Positions 11,675 through 25,278 of a stretch of 55,608 nucleotides of DNA are shown here, piece by piece. How positions within the stretch are numbered: the stretch's first letter is position 1; each line of letters opens with the position of its first letter. This stretch comes from Octopus bimaculoides (Eukaryota). The notes under the pieces are model-generated. The model made no database searches and was not told where the DNA came from. It saw only the letters and a program-made list of their open reading frames with translations. Made by a program: the position numbers and the translations under genes. The DNA is taken from assembly GCF_001194135.2 (NCBI RefSeq), contig NC_068993.1, forward strand, positions 15,531,909 through 15,587,516, given 5' to 3'.

Positions 11675-12000
11675 CTGGAGTCAAACACGGAGGTCGATCT
11701 AATCGACTTACCTCCTCAACCGAAATTGCTGGCCTTGTGCTAAAATTTGAAACCATTATTGTTGATATTGTTACTGCTGCTAAGGCAATCGAGCAGGCAC
11801 AATAGTAAGCACGCCGGGCAAATTGCTCATCGGGCATTTCGTCCTTCTCTACGTTGTGAGCTCAAATTCCTCCGTGGTCGAAGTCGCTTTACACTTTTTG
11901 GGTGTAATGAAATATGCACCATCCAAGCACTGGAGGTTGATGCAATCAGCTGGCTCCCTCCTACCAAATTTCAGGCCTTATGCCAATAGTAGAAAGAATT
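11675..12000 (+). mobile_element. SINE family A: tail fragment (11675-11755) plus degenerate full copy (11790-12000)
   Basis: GTCGATCTAATCGACTT and GCACGCCGGGCAAATTGCT motifs shared with family A. Confidence 0.7.
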
Positions 12001-12433
12001 ATTATTATTATTAATGTTATTAAGTCGGTGAGCCAGCAAACGTTCCTTATATCATCTTAAAGTAAGAGCTGTAAAGAGATTTATTTAGTATTTCTAGCAG
12101 GTCAAACTAATATAAAGAAGCTTCTTCTACCGCTCAAAGCCATGATATTCGCTTACGATGGTGCTTCTTATACCGTTAATAGTGATGGCAATAATAACTT
12201 AAACAATGCAAAAGAAATATATATAAATTCAATTAAAACTGAGCATTTAATTGCAAAATTATATTCCACGCTGACAATTGTTAATTAGCAATTATGACTT
12301 GGAGAGAAATTTGCTGAATGAAGAAATTAATTTATATGTATTTAACGTAAAAACATTAACAAGAACAATTGCACATTAATTTCTAGTCTCTATCCACTAG
12401 GCCAAATAATATAAAGGAAAAGGCATATACATA

Positions 12434-12595
12434 GATGTTTTTCTCTCTTCATTGCTTTCTTTTGAAGAGCATAGGTTCGAAAAGTCAAAGACTTGTTCCA
12501 TTCTTCCTGAATGTCAAATTAATACACTTTGTTGTTCCGTCTCCTGTCTCTATCTTCTGTTTTTTTTCTTTTCTTTTTGTGCAATTTAAACAAAG
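12434..12595 (+). mobile_element. Penelope-like hammerhead element HH1, copy 2 (older)
   Basis: Colinear with 37676-37860 and with the reverse complement of 588-767. Confidence 0.65.
12455..12490 (+). ncRNA. Degenerate hammerhead motif
   Basis: CUUU-CUUUUGA-A-GAGC-AUAG-GUUC-GAAA-AG-UC-AAAG; GUC triplet at the predicted cleavage site; core G5/A6 mutated. Confidence 0.5.
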
Positions 12596-12787
12596 TGAGT
12601 GGACACTATTATATCATTGGCCATCAGGGTATATTTGTGTACCTTCGATGATTTGACGGCAATAAATATTGCTGTAATATACATGTTCAAACACGCTTAA
12701 ACTCCAGAACCAACCACTGTGAGATGACTGTGGAAATGAAATGAAACTAAGATTAATGACGATTCCCCAGGAATTCTACACTCAGTA

Positions 12788-13605
12788 GAGTTTTATTTAG
12801 ATATAAAGACAGTTAAAGCCAGTTGCTGAAAAAGCGACAAGATTTTGACTTCCCGGTGTTTGTAGATATTTGACTGGCTTGGTATGCTAGTTCAGCTGTC
12901 GATCCACAGATCCAGTTGTAAGCATCTATTCGTGTAAGGGATCTTAGCTGGAGAATCACTTGAATATCTCACAAAACTTCACTGTGCCGGTAACAGATTA
13001 GATCTGGAGAATGTGCGTTAGATTCTTTTGCACTTTCTTCCAGAAGCCTAATATTTCTAGATATTTGTGTAAATTGGTATGTGCATAGACAAATGCATTT
13101 ATATGAAATTTTATTGTCATTTAAATGAAAATTTATTGTCAGAATACAAGAGTTGTAAGTTTCGCGTTAATTCACCACAACGTTTTACTGTTTTATTTGT
13201 GATGACATATTTACATCCTCTGGACAGGTGATCTCTACAATACTGCACGAATTCTCTTCCATGTTACAAAGTACAATATTAGGTCTTCTATGAGTGCACC
13301 AAATTCCTGTTTTTATCTGAGTGTTCCGCTAGTATTCCTTCTTTTAAAAGGTGTGGATACATGGTGGTTCTGATATGCTTTAGATGTATATGTAAAGACA
13401 ATGATTCCATAGGATAGCATTGTAAATTGTCATTGCAACTATTTCATGCTTCAGAGGCAGTTAATCTCATACACTTTTTGGAGCAGCCGATGATGATGTG
13501 GATGATATCTTCCACGCGGTTTTGGCATAACCGGTATTTCTGTCATCGCCAATCAAGATTCTCCTTCCTATTATTCCCTCTTTACGTATTTATCTCGGGT
13601 TTTTC
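12788..13605 (-). pseudogene. RLE-type (R4/Dong-like) retrotransposon remnant: zinc knuckle, endonuclease and 3' UTR
   Basis: QKYRLCQNRVEDIIHIIIGC, LKHEIVAMTIYNAIL, HRRPNIVL...IVEITCP, GELTRNLQLLY, LEILGF...GTVKFCEIFK, with stops and frameshifts; homologous to 34149-34812. Confidence 0.85.
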
Positions 13606-14379
13606 CGTGTTACTTATAATATATATATATATATANNNNNNNNNNNNNNNNNNNNNNNNNNNNNNNNNNNNNNNNNNNNNNNNNNNNNNNNNNNNNNNNN
13701 NNNNNNNNNNNNNNNNNNNNNNNNNNNNNNNNNNNNNNNNNNNNNNNNNNNNNNNNNNNNNNNNNNNNNNNNNNNNNNNNNNNNNNNNNNNNNNNNNNNN
13801 NNNNNNNNNNNNNNNNNNNNNNNNNNNNNNNNNNNNNNNNNNNNNNNNNNNNNNNNNNNNNNNNNNNNNNNNNNNNNNNNNNNNNNNNNNNNNNNNNNNN
13901 NNNNNNNNNNNNNNNNNNNNNNNNNNNNNNNNNNNNNNNNNNNNNNNTATATAATATTTCCTTCTTTTTTTCTGTACCGACATTACCTGAAAGAAGTTTG
14001 TGTATTTCTTTCGGACATTGTCATCAATATTAAGCAGATTTCGAATTTTATTTGGTAAAGTAATGACTTCTTGGTGCATTGCCAGGAAATAAAACCCATG
14101 ACATCAAGAATTATGTTTACGTCCAGCATTATTTAATTGCACACGTGTTTTTTCTCAAAACATTCACTTGCTTTAGAGATATCTTTAGTGATATTCGCTA
14201 AACTTCGCTACAGAACTTTGCCTCATCTAGATTCCACCCATAATCCGAGCAATGTAGCATACTAAGTTTCTTAATGCTACAAAAGTTATCGAAGAGAAAC
14301 AAAGCCTGAAATTTATTGACGCTAATGTCATTAAGAAGAACTTAGAAGACAAACAGCTGTTTTAATTATGTTTAACGTT

Positions 14380-14500
14380 GATAACCAATGAGTCCGATGC
14401 TGTAACTATTCCGACCATCCACCATACTGAATAAGTAGTTTAGTTCATCGACTTCTAATTTATGAGAACTAAATTTGACCTCAGCAGGATTCGAACTCAT
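14380..14500 (-). mobile_element. SINE family A fragment
   Basis: AAATTTGACCTCAGCAGGATTCGAACTC (reverse B-box region). Confidence 0.5.
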
Positions 14501-14894
14501 TATGTAAAGTGCGAGAAAAATTCTGTAATACTTTACTGGACAAAGTAAAGTTTCCCCCAATCCATCATTTTTGGTGGAAATTTACGAGAGGGAAATTTGC
14601 AACTGCTTTTTTTTTCTATTGTATATATTTTCGAGGAGAAAGATGGGATTTAATCATAAATGAGTATATGCCTATTAGCGACAGGAAATCTCAGACAAAT
14701 GAAGTTTGTTGTTTAGAGCAGGAAACCAGAGTGTAACACGTAAAACCGGAATCTGTGAATAAAAGTATTGTTCAGTGTTGACAATAACTCTTCAATGTTT
14801 ATTTTCCTTCTACTCTTTTTTTTGTCAAAAAATATGGATTCATAGTCGGCCTGAGTCTTTTTATTTTATTTTTTTTTCTCTATACTCTCATCAG

Positions 14895-15031
14895 AAGAGT
14901 CAGACACGAAAACTATTGGATGGACCTAAATATCAAAAAGGCAACGTGCTAGGAATATTTTTAAAAATTGTGATGGAACGAAATAAATATCTATCTGGTC
15001 AACTGTGTAGTTTTTCTGAAACATATTCCAG
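14895..15031 (+). CDS. Candidate 137-nt internal exon, product unknown
   Basis: Long pyrimidine tract plus CAG acceptor and CCAG|GTAGGT donor; the only open frame is phase 0 to 2: KSQTRKLLDGPKYQKGNVLGIFLKIVMERNKYLSGQLCSFSETYS. Confidence 0.35.
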
Positions 15032-15850
15032 GTAGGTTTGGTGAATTCGTTAAATGAATAAAATTGACAAGGACGAATTTTGACAGCCTTCCTCAGAATA
15101 GTTGAAATTAGTATAAGATACTGATAACTTCATTTAAAATACCGGATTTAAGATTAATCGGGTTGAGAGGTACATTTCTGTGAGTAGATGGTTTATCCTA
15201 TATTTCTTTTCGAAATTCCTGAACATGTTCAAACCTATTTTACTTGTGATGTATATTAACTGACAACAGATTGGAACTATTTTTTCCCTTTGAGAAGCGA
15301 AAAGTTATTGCACTTGTAGATGTGGACAGAGAGAACACAGTTTACAATAGTTGATTAAAAAACCAGCAAAGTTAACTCTTTGAAGACATCGGTTGGTGTA
15401 ACAATTACCAGTAATGTTCTTGAAACAATGGTTAGAGGATTGTACCTATGGAAATACTTATTACAGGCTGGTTGTTAGAATTGCATATATAGTTGTGCTA
15501 GACATATGCCATATAATTGTGACCCTCTATGATTTCAGTTTACAAGGGTTAATATTTTCCTGTCAATTTTCCGGTGTCAATAAAATAATTACTTCGAAAA
15601 ACAACCAACAAGAAGAGAATGCGATTGAAACGACTACACTTTGTCCTCAGAAATATCTTATTCTCTCAATGAAAGAAATCATCAATATTATATCTGACAG
15701 TTAAAAGTACATAAAGATCTTATGTGTATCTTAAGAAGTTTATTTGCCATATTCCGAGAGATAATGAGTGCTAATTCTTCACCTGATATACTAATTGGCC
15801 TTGGGTTTTATTTAAACTCGCAGAAAAAGAAAGCAGCATTGTTTTTCTAG

Positions 15851-15916
15851 TTACTGGAATCTAGTAGACTATAACAACGCCTACATCTACATACAACAAA
15901 GCAACTCAGCAAAAAT
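15851..15916 (+). CDS. Candidate 66-nt exon, product unknown
   Basis: ttgtttttctAG acceptor, GTGAGA donor, phase 2 to 2: YWNLVDYNNAYIYIQQSNSAK. Confidence 0.2.
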
Positions 15917-16559
15917 GTGAGAAATGGCTACAATTTCAATCGGTAATAAATGTATTTGTATATAAAGCGTCAGCTGTAACACAATTTATTTAAATATCGT
16001 GCAAATACACATAACAGTATTTCTTGAAGATGTTTTAAACTGAGACGTAAACTGTATCTTGTTAATACTACAAAACACCTGATCTTTCCCAGCTGTACAC
16101 TATTATATGTTATGTTAATTATCCATATATTTTTATTAATACTACCTTTACCTAAAAAGATATTTGAGCTCTTATTATGAAGGTTATGGTTGGCCGACGT
16201 TCAAATACATGTCTACCCAGTAGGCTTTATACAATTAATGGGTAGGGTGTTATTGTGTATGAACGGCATATGCTACTCTGTATAGAAGGGAAAATACGCC
16301 AACAATTGAAATGAGAAAATCCTCAGATTGTGTCATTCTTCTTTAGAATTGGAAGAACATGATGTGAATACATCTTATTCAATAGCAGTATTGCATTATG
16401 ATTTCATGTCCCCATAAATATCTGCAAGGACCCAGCCTTCTTTTATTTACCTCAATAGCAAGACAGTAAGTCAAATTGTAAAGTCATTACTTGTTAAGTG
16501 TAAGCTATTGCACCGTTCCTAAAACTTACTGCATATACGACGAGCTACTTTCAGGTTCC

Positions 16560-16650
16560 GTTTACCAAAATCTCTCACAAGGCTTTGATTGGCCCGAGGT
16601 TATACTAGAAAACACTTACCCAAGGAGCCATGCAGTGGGACGGGACTTTG
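16560..16650 (-). mobile_element. SINE family B (CORE-like) head fragment
   Basis: CTCACAAGGCTTTGATTGGCCCGAGGTTATA...CACTTACCCAAGG matches 20640-20678 and the reverse of 27280-27320. Confidence 0.7.
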
Positions 16651-17539
16651 TCTTTCAGCTTTTGGAGGTCAATATAATAATTATCAGTTGAAAATTGGGG
16701 TCGATGAAATCCACATTCTCCGTCCCTGAATATGGCCCTTTGCCAAAATTTGAAACCCTTATTATTGTTGTTGCTGTTGTTCTTGCTCTAGATGATGTTA
16801 GTTATTGTTTGTGATGTTATTGATGATGTGTTTGTTATCGTTATAACCTTTAATATATTGCCTGACAATTCTTCAGGTATCTCTGAATTTTGTATCAAAT
16901 CATTTTCATACATACGTCCGTATATACATATATGCATACATACGACCTTACGTAGATACACCCATACATACATCACACACGCACACGCACACATACACAC
17001 ACACATGTGTGTGCGTGTGCGTACGTGGGTATCTGTTTACGTAGATACACACGCATGTATATATTTACACGACATAATATAATGAGATACATTTAAACGT
17101 CTACCTGTATAAAAACACTTTAAACTGTAGTAAAATAACAAACGGTCTGTTTACATAAGGTTGCATTAAATTATGCTACTCCGAATCTTCTTATTCTTGC
17201 AGGTAAAATGTATTTTCCGGACTAGCGGTGTCAATGATGGCGTAAAAATATATAAACAGCAACAACAACAACAAGAAAAAGAAATAAAACAGCCAGAACA
17301 ATAACCAGAACACGAATATACTCATCTCCTTGTATGTCCCTCACAACTACTATACTTCATTTTATGGCTCTACCAAACGAATTACTTAGCAATGTAAACA
17401 CTATTTCAATGGATCAGAAAATAACAGACGATTTATCAATGTTTTCTGTTTTGTTTTTTTGTTGTTGTTTTTTTTTTTTTTGGTTTGGTCTATGTTTTTA
17501 CTATTAAAAATATTAATGTACACTGCACAGCAGAGCAGT

Positions 17540-18137
17540 ATAACAATCGTCGTCATCGTCGTCGTTGTAGTAGCCGTTGTCATCGTTGTCTCCATCGCCC
17601 TATCATCGTCGTCAGCACCTTGGACATCATCGTCGATTTTGTCATCGTTATCGTCATGGTTGCTGTCGTCGTCATAATTATCATAATCATCGTCATCATC
17701 ATCATCATCATCATCTCCGTTGTTGTCTTACCCATTCTCCTTCTCCTCTTGTTCGTTCTATCATCATCATCGACATTGTCGAACTTCGTCATCATCATAT
17801 TCAACATTGTCATCATCATCTTCGTTGTCGGGGTCATCATGAGCATCAACATCATCATCATTATCAGCATCTCAACCATCATGTTACTATTTCTCTTTCT
17901 TATCATTGTCGTTCACGTCGTCGTCGTCATCGTCAACAGCATATTCAGCATCTTCATCGTTGTCATCAACAACATCACTATCATAATTATGTTCGTAATT
18001 CCTTTCGTCATCATTTTCATCACATTCCGCCTCTTCCTCCTCCTCCTCCTCCTCCTCCTCCGACGACGACGACGACGACGACGACTCACTGTTTCAATAA
18101 CTGCTATTGTTGCTCTCGTTATTGCCGCTCTTCTTAT

Positions 18138-18190
<53 letters not shown>
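17540..18190. repeat. Cryptic trinucleotide mosaic (CAT/CGT/CCT/CGA) ending in (TTA)n
   Basis: Direct reading; explains the low-complexity ORFs at 17485-18438. Confidence 0.9.
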
Positions 18191-18300
18191 CTCACCTTAA
18201 CGAAGGCGGGGGTATTGTTTTCAGTCGTGTTTGTTTGTTTGTCCGAAGACAAGATATCTCAAGAACCGCTGGATGGATTCGTCCATCTTTGTGTTCTGGG
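18186..18300 (+). mobile_element. Helentron-associated (HINE/DINE-1-like) element 5' fragment
   Basis: TTACCCTCACCTTAACGAAGGCGGGGGTATTGTTTTC...(GTTT)n...GATATCTCAAGAACCGCTGGATGGATT resembles the generic HINE start (from recollection). Confidence 0.45.
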
Positions 18301-18309
18301 CTAAACATT

Positions 18310-18450
18310 CCGCGTTTGTCTACTTCGCTTTTCATCCTTTCGGGGGTCGATACAATGGTAAATACCAGTTACTACTCGGATCGAGGTAATCGACTTAACC
18401 GCCCACCACCCCTAGCATTTCAGGCTTTGTTCCTTTAGTTGAAAGAATTA
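18310..18450 (+). mobile_element. SINE family A 3' half
   Basis: GCTTTTCATCCTTTCGGGGGTCGATA...AATCGACTTAA. Confidence 0.75.
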
Positions 18451-19008
18451 TTGTTGTTGTTGTTGCTGTATAGTCAATGCCATCAGCATTAGGATTAAGA
18501 CTAATCTCAACAACATTATTATTTTTGCATTTATTACTATTGTAATTGCTGCAGTTGTAATTATTTAAAGATTCTAAGTAATTTTATTGCAATTACCGAC
18601 TGCGCAAGTGTCATTAAATAAAATTATAGACTTACAATTTACGTCATATTGTTTATTTACTTTCTGTCATTCCCTTGTTAATTATCTTTGCCATCTACAC
18701 TTTTCTTTCTTCTATACATATAATTATATATACATATGCATATCCGTATTGTGTAACTCACTTACATATGCACACACATATACACAGAGACAAACACACA
18801 CAAAGGTATATGCATAATACGATTTTTATCCCAAAGGCTGTAATGTGAAAAATTAACATATCACACTACATAAATGTGTATATAAATAAATATGGATGTG
18901 GATGTGTATATGGGTGTATGTGTGTGTGTATGTGTGCGTGTATGCATGCATGTATGTATACACACACACACACACGCACACACACACACACGCGCACACA
19001 CACACACG

Positions 19009-19074
<66 letters not shown>

Positions 19075-20354
19075 AGAGAAGCGAAGAGGGAAACTGTTCG
19101 GCAAGACTTGACAAGTACGTTTAATTTAAATATATAATAAAAAGAAACACCAGAATACATGCCTATTAGTTTGAATCACCTAACGATAACCCTGGTAAAC
19201 TTTATATATACATATATGTGGGTGTTTGTGTATATGTGTGTGCGACCATTTTCCTACGCACATGTGTAGGGAGATACACAAAAGGCAGGCACACTTACCA
19301 AAAGTCTTACTATAAATTCTTCCTATGACCTTAAACGATTCTATGTCGAACATGCATAAACAGTCACAACCACACACACACACACACACACATACATACA
19401 CGTGTTATCATTACACACACACCTACCTCCTTCTCTTGCACTCTCCTGTCTTTAAAAAGAACTTTATCTCCACCTCTTCCCTTCCGGTCATTTCAATATG
19501 TGACCCCGCTTGTTAGTGTATATCTTTTCATTCATGTGCGTCAACTGCACCATTAGAGAAAGTTAGCTCTTATTTCCAGCAATATAGGTGTTTTCGAACA
19601 CCCTACTTACATTTAGGGATACTTCTATATATATATGTATGTATGTATGTATGTAAGTATGTATGTATGCATATGTCTTGTGCGTTCATTTGCGTCATTT
19701 ATTGCTGTCGTTGGATTTAGTGCATTTCCATAAAGATCAATTCCAAAAATGTTTGATGGTAGAATAATGATGACGATGACGGTGATGGACGAAGATGGGG
19801 TGGGTGGAATGACATTGAAGTCGACGATGATAAACCAAATATTAATTCCACCACTACTAAGACTACTACTACTAAAACTAACACCACCACCCAAACAACA
19901 ACAACAACAACAACGCCCCTGTCACTGCGGCTATTGTTTCTATGGTTGCTGTTTTTATAACAACGTCGATGAGTATTGCAGCGGCAAAATCAAGAAGAAG
20001 ATAACACTAGGAGTATTGGTAAAGTTAGAGAACATATTTTAGTGTTTTTAATGAGTTTTAAACTTATTAGAAATTAATATGGTTTCTGATTTAGTTGCTG
20101 CGCTCAAAAGATATGATTATTCTCTTCAGAAATAAGAAAATTGCTTTCAGCAATGTAAATATTAAATACATACATAATTATACGTTCGTAATTATACATA
20201 CGCACGCGCATACACACACACACAGATATACACACTCACGAAAACAAAGAAACACAAACACACACTAACAACGTCTAATATCAGTCACGTGTAATGATTT
20301 TAATTATGCACATCCGTGTGTGTATGCATGTGTGAGTATATGTATACATATATA

Positions 20355-20566
20355 TACTCTTTTGCTTGTTTCAGTCTTTTGACTGTGGCCAGGCTGGAGC
20401 ACCGCCTTTAGTCGAGCAAATCGACACCAGAAATTATTTTTTAGAAGCCTAGTACTTATTCTATCGGTCTCTATTGCCGAACCGCTAAGTTACGGGGACA
20501 TAAACACACACCAGCATCGGTTGCAAAGCGATATTGGGGTGGACAAACACAGACACACAAACACAT

Positions 20567-20607
<41 letters not shown>

Positions 20608-20678
20608 TACGACGGGCTTCTTTCAGTTTCCGTCTACCAAATCCACTCACAAGGCTTTGGTCGGCCCGAGGCTATAGT
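20355..20678 (-). mobile_element. SINE family B (tRNA/CORE-like with internal TA/TG microsatellite); head lost in gap
   Basis: Colinear with plus-strand copies 27230-27725 and 28560-29045. Confidence 0.85.
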
Positions 20679-20899
20679 NNNNNNNNNNNNNNNNNNNNNN
20701 NNNNNNNNNNNNNNNNNNNNNNNNNNNNNNNNNNNNNNNNNNNNNNNNNNNNNNNNNNNNNNNNNNNNNNNNNNNNNNNNNNNNNNNNNNNNNNNNNNNN
20801 NNNNNNNNNNNNNNNNNNNNNNNNNNNNNNNNNNNNNNNNNNNNNNNNNNNNNNNNNNNNNNNNNNNNNNNNNNNNNNNNNNNNNNNNNNNNNNNNNNN

Positions 20900-20932
<33 letters not shown>

Positions 20933-22420
20933 AGACCCAGACAGACAGACAGATAACGATGTGTGTGCATGTGTGTGTATTGAGACAGCAAATCGATTTC
21001 AAGCTTTACCGTTGCATGGTTGTTCTTTTTAAAGTAGCAGGAATGTGGCTGATTTCGTTACTATCATCCTCTCCGTTGTAGCTAGATCAAGGAAGACGTG
21101 TTCTTGTCTGTCACCTGTCCAAGCTTGATTTACGCGCTCGCCACCATAACCTCGTTTAGCACTCGCTGTTTATTTTCACTGTTCTGTTTGTGTTACCAAT
21201 TTTGACCTCCTGCAAAATCCCAAATTTCATTTAATTTGCTTTGCATGAGCAACTGTTTTTTTTCGAAAGCGTACCTTGTTGTTAAACGCTCGAAATACGA
21301 GATGTATCTTTCCTTGTTCGACAACAGTTCATATTCCATGTACTTCCTATTTTTTGTTGTACACGTTTCTTGACGTCCTTTGCCCACATATGCATATATA
21401 TANNNNNNNNNNNNNNNNNNNNNNNNNNNNNNNNNNNNNNNNNNNNNNNNNNNNNNNNNNNNNNNNNNNNNNNNNNNNNNNNNNNNNNNNNNNNNNNNNN
21501 NNNNNNNNNNNNNNNNNNNNNNNNNNNNNNNNNNNNNNNNNNNNNNNNNNNNNNNNNNNNNNNNNNNNNNNNNNNNNNNNNNNNNNNNNNNNNNNNNNNN
21601 NNNNNNNNNNNNNNNNNNNNNNNNNNNNNNNNNNNNNNNNNNNNNNNNNNNNNNNNNNNNNNNNNNNNNNNNNNNNNNNNNNNNNNNNNNNNNNNNNNNN
21701 NNNNNNNNNNNNNNNNNNNATATATATATATATATACGTATAGATTCAAGTACGTACATATACGTATGTATATATGCATAAATATATATTATTTATATTA
21801 TATATAAACAAACATATATATACACACACAATTAGCATATGATTTCCATAAATTGTTCGGCTACCGAGGAGGCAGTTATGGAATTTACGTATAAAGATAA
21901 CCCCATGGTCCTTCTGAAAATCCTGTAAACTCAATGGCGGAAAATGTATAAAATTTAATTAAATTCAGAATTGAGAGATAAAAAAAATTTATAGCATATG
22001 TCTACGATTACATATATTTTTATATATCGTGTACGACTCTTCAGCAGCAATGACGTAACAGAAAACAGATTAGGAAACAACTGTAATCATATGGAATAAA
22101 TATTTTTATCTGGCATACTGCATTTGATTCATACGTCTATAATCTCTCCTGAATTTTTAATGAGGATATATTTAGCACTATATTTTTAAATTGTAAGCCG
22201 CGTTGTGAAATGTAAACATATGACTTTTCGTCGTCAGAAAGAAATTGTGTTTTGTCCACCTTGGTTTATTCTCCGGGGATTTTATATAATATAAACAGCT
22301 ATAAGCTACTATCTCTATGCTGGATTATATTTGTAGTATTGTTTTTTTCTGGCGAATCTTCAAATATAAATGAGCATTTCAGACAAACACATTATCACCA
22401 TATATATATATATGTATATA

Positions 22421-22498
<78 letters not shown>

Positions 22499-22694
22499 CC
22501 CACGGATAGAAAGAAGCGTTTGTTTACATCTGTACATTTGTTTACATATCACAGCGTGTTACCATAAAAGAAATTGTATATACACCCACATGAATATTCC
22601 GGATTAAACATTACACAGCATATTGCACATAATTAGCATAGACACACCCATGCACGCAAGCACATATGCACACATAGAAGCATGTGTACATGCA

Positions 22695-22742
<48 letters not shown>

Positions 22743-22971
22743 TATATACATATATATATATATAAATATATATATATTTGTGTGTATATGTATACATACA
22801 TACATACATACACATATATATGTATATATATATATAGTTATATGCATACATTTGTGCTATATATATATTTACACAAATAGGGCTACACACATGCACACAC
22901 ACACGCGCACACACATTTATATCTATATAACAATCCTTGTATACATACATCGATATGTGTGTTTATACAGA

Positions 22972-23152
22972 AAGGCTGGCCCACCGGGCGAAATGCTTAG
23001 CGGTGTTTAGTCTGTCTTTACGTTCTGAGTTCAAATTCGCCGGAGGTCGATTTTGCCCTTCATCCAATCGGAGTACCAGTTGCGTACTGCGGCCGATCTA
23101 ACCGACTACCCCCTGACCAAAAATTTCGAGCCTTCTGCCTAGAGTAGAAAAG
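22972..23152 (+). mobile_element. SINE family A
   Basis: CCGGGCGAAATGCTTAGCGG and B-box GAGTTCAAATTC. Confidence 0.85.
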
Positions 23153-23777
23153 GATATGTGTGTTTATATNNNNNNNNNNNNNNNNNNNNNNNNNNNNNNN
23201 NNNNNNNNNNNNNNNNNNNNNNNNNNNNNNNNNNNNNNNNNNNNNNNNNNNNNNNNNNNNNNNNNNNNNNNNNNNNNNNNNNNNNNNNNNNNNNNNNNNN
23301 NNNNNNNNNNNNNNNNNNNNNNNNNNNNNNNNNNNNNNNNNNNNNNNNNNNNNNNNNNNNNNNNNNNNNNNNNNNNNNNNNNNNNNNNNNNNNNNNNNNN
23401 NNNNNNNNNNNNNNNNNNNNNNNNNNNNNNNNNNNNNNNNNNNNNNNNNNNNNNNNNNNNNNNNNNNNNNNNNNNNNNNNNNNNNNNNNNNNNNNNNNNN
23501 NNNNNNNNNNNNNNNNNNNNNNNNNNNNNNNNNNNNNNNNNNNNNNNNNNNNNNNNNNNNNNNNNNNNNNNNNNNNNNNNNNNNNNNNNNNNNNNNNNNN
23601 NNNNNNNNNNNNNNNNNNNNNNNNNNNNNNNNNNNNNNNNNNNNNNNNNNNNNNNNNNNNNNNNNNNATATATATAGTTACACATATATATGAAGTTGGA
23701 TGGATGGATGGATGGATGGATGGATGGATGGGTGGGTTGGTGTATGGATGGATGGGTGGATCGATGAATATTTTATT

Positions 23778-23910
23778 TGTAAACCTCAATAATTTTTTGA
23801 ACAACCTTTGAAACTTATATATTTGACATTTAGTGCACGTTGATCGATCAGGGTGTACACAAAGACGATGAAAATAGCTAATTTTTATTTAAATTACTTT
23901 GGAACGTATA
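23778..23910 (+). repeat. ~135-bp diverged direct repeat, copy 1 (copy 2 at 25141-25278)
   Basis: TGTAAACCTCAATAATTTT...ACTTATATATTTGACATT...ACAAAGACGATGAAAATAGC in both copies. Confidence 0.85.
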
Positions 23911-25140
23911 TACACAAGACCGGACAGAAACTCAGACATATACATACATACATAGTTACATACATATATACATACATACATACATACATACACAAACACA
24001 CATATATATATATGCACATACAAACACACATATATATGTAGGTGTGTCTACATATATAAATATATATATTCATGCGTGCCGCTGTGTGTGTGAGAGTCTT
24101 TGTGTTGTATGCCTGTGTACGTACTGTTTTCTTAGTGTGTATATGTGCATAGATATGCGCGTCTTTGTGTTTATGTGCGTGTGCGTGTAGTTGCGTGCGT
24201 GTATGTGTGTATGCGTGTTTGTGTGTTTGGTGACTTGTAATATACCATGCACCAAAGCTTATATAAATGCGCATAGTTGTACCTACATTTGCTCGCATAA
24301 ATATATTATCCGTGTACATACATTACTCCATATAAACACACACACACACCCACACACACAGAGAGAGAAATGAATAGATAGCTACATACATACATACATA
24401 CATACATACATACATACATACTTTCATACATTACATATATACATACATACACACATACATACGTGCATACCTTCATTCACTCATACCCATGCGCAGCCAC
24501 ACGCATTCATTCCGTTTCCTTGCACTGTTTTATTCCATAAATAACCGGCTGTCGTAGCTGGAAGTTAAACAAATAATCTACATAAGACACCGAACACGCC
24601 GAAAAGCACGACCTTTACATAAATTCCTACCGCATTATGTATCTCTTTTTTTTTTTTTACCCCAATATCTCTAAATTCCTTCATCAAATTGACATGACTT
24701 ATAGCATACTCTCGAGATAGAATTTTGTTTGAGAGTCGCAATCTGTCTTCGTGGACATTCACAGAAAGGCACAATCTCTGATCATTGTCGTAAATTTCTT
24801 TCTTCAAGTTTATTTACGTCACAGAATTACGACATAAATATCACTAAGCAATCACATTCAATGGCCTTCACGTCATATCTTATACCGGCGAAATTATCAG
24901 GTGCGACAACGATTAGGCATTAGAATCAACCATTCGTAATCTAGCACAGCTGCTGAGCGGAGGGCGATAAATAAATTAGCATCAAATAGCAATGGACTGG
25001 CGAAAAAACCATTAGAGCGTCGAACGAGATAGCTTGCAGAATTTCTTCCCACTGCTTGAGTTCTTTTGCTCATTCTAGTCTCGTGTATTTTACCTTGTTC
25101 TAGTCATCCGTAGTTTTAGCTATGTCTATTAGTATTTGTG

Positions 25141-25278
25141 TGTAAACCTCAATAATTTTGCGAGCATCCTTTAAGACTTATATATTTGACATTCTGTGCA
25201 CGTTCCTCGATCAGATCAGGGTCTGTACAAAGACGATGAAAATAGCAAATATTTATTTGAATTATTTTGGAACTTATA
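25141..25278 (+). repeat. ~135-bp diverged direct repeat, copy 2
   Basis: See 23778-23910. Confidence 0.85.

Noticed and set aside
12469-12595. Apparent exon (acceptor ...ttttgaag, donor GTGAGT)
   Set aside because: Lies entirely within a pyrimidine-rich HH1 repeat copy, which explains the signals.
13955-14330. Possible upstream continuation of the RLE element (FLAMHQEVIT)
   Set aside because: Similarity to the expected AIQEQEI motif is too weak and it is separated by a gap.
16347-16465. Exon-like segment with a good acceptor and GTAAGT donor
   Set aside because: As read, all three frames contain stops before the donor.
17485-18438. 317-aa and 207-aa ORFs (poly-I/V, poly-H/R)
   Set aside because: Produced by a cryptic trinucleotide mosaic that lacks stops; no domain features.
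21255-21300. Stem AGCGT/ACGCT followed by CGAAA, hammerhead-like
   Set aside because: No recognisable CUGANGA core, and no NUH or stem I.
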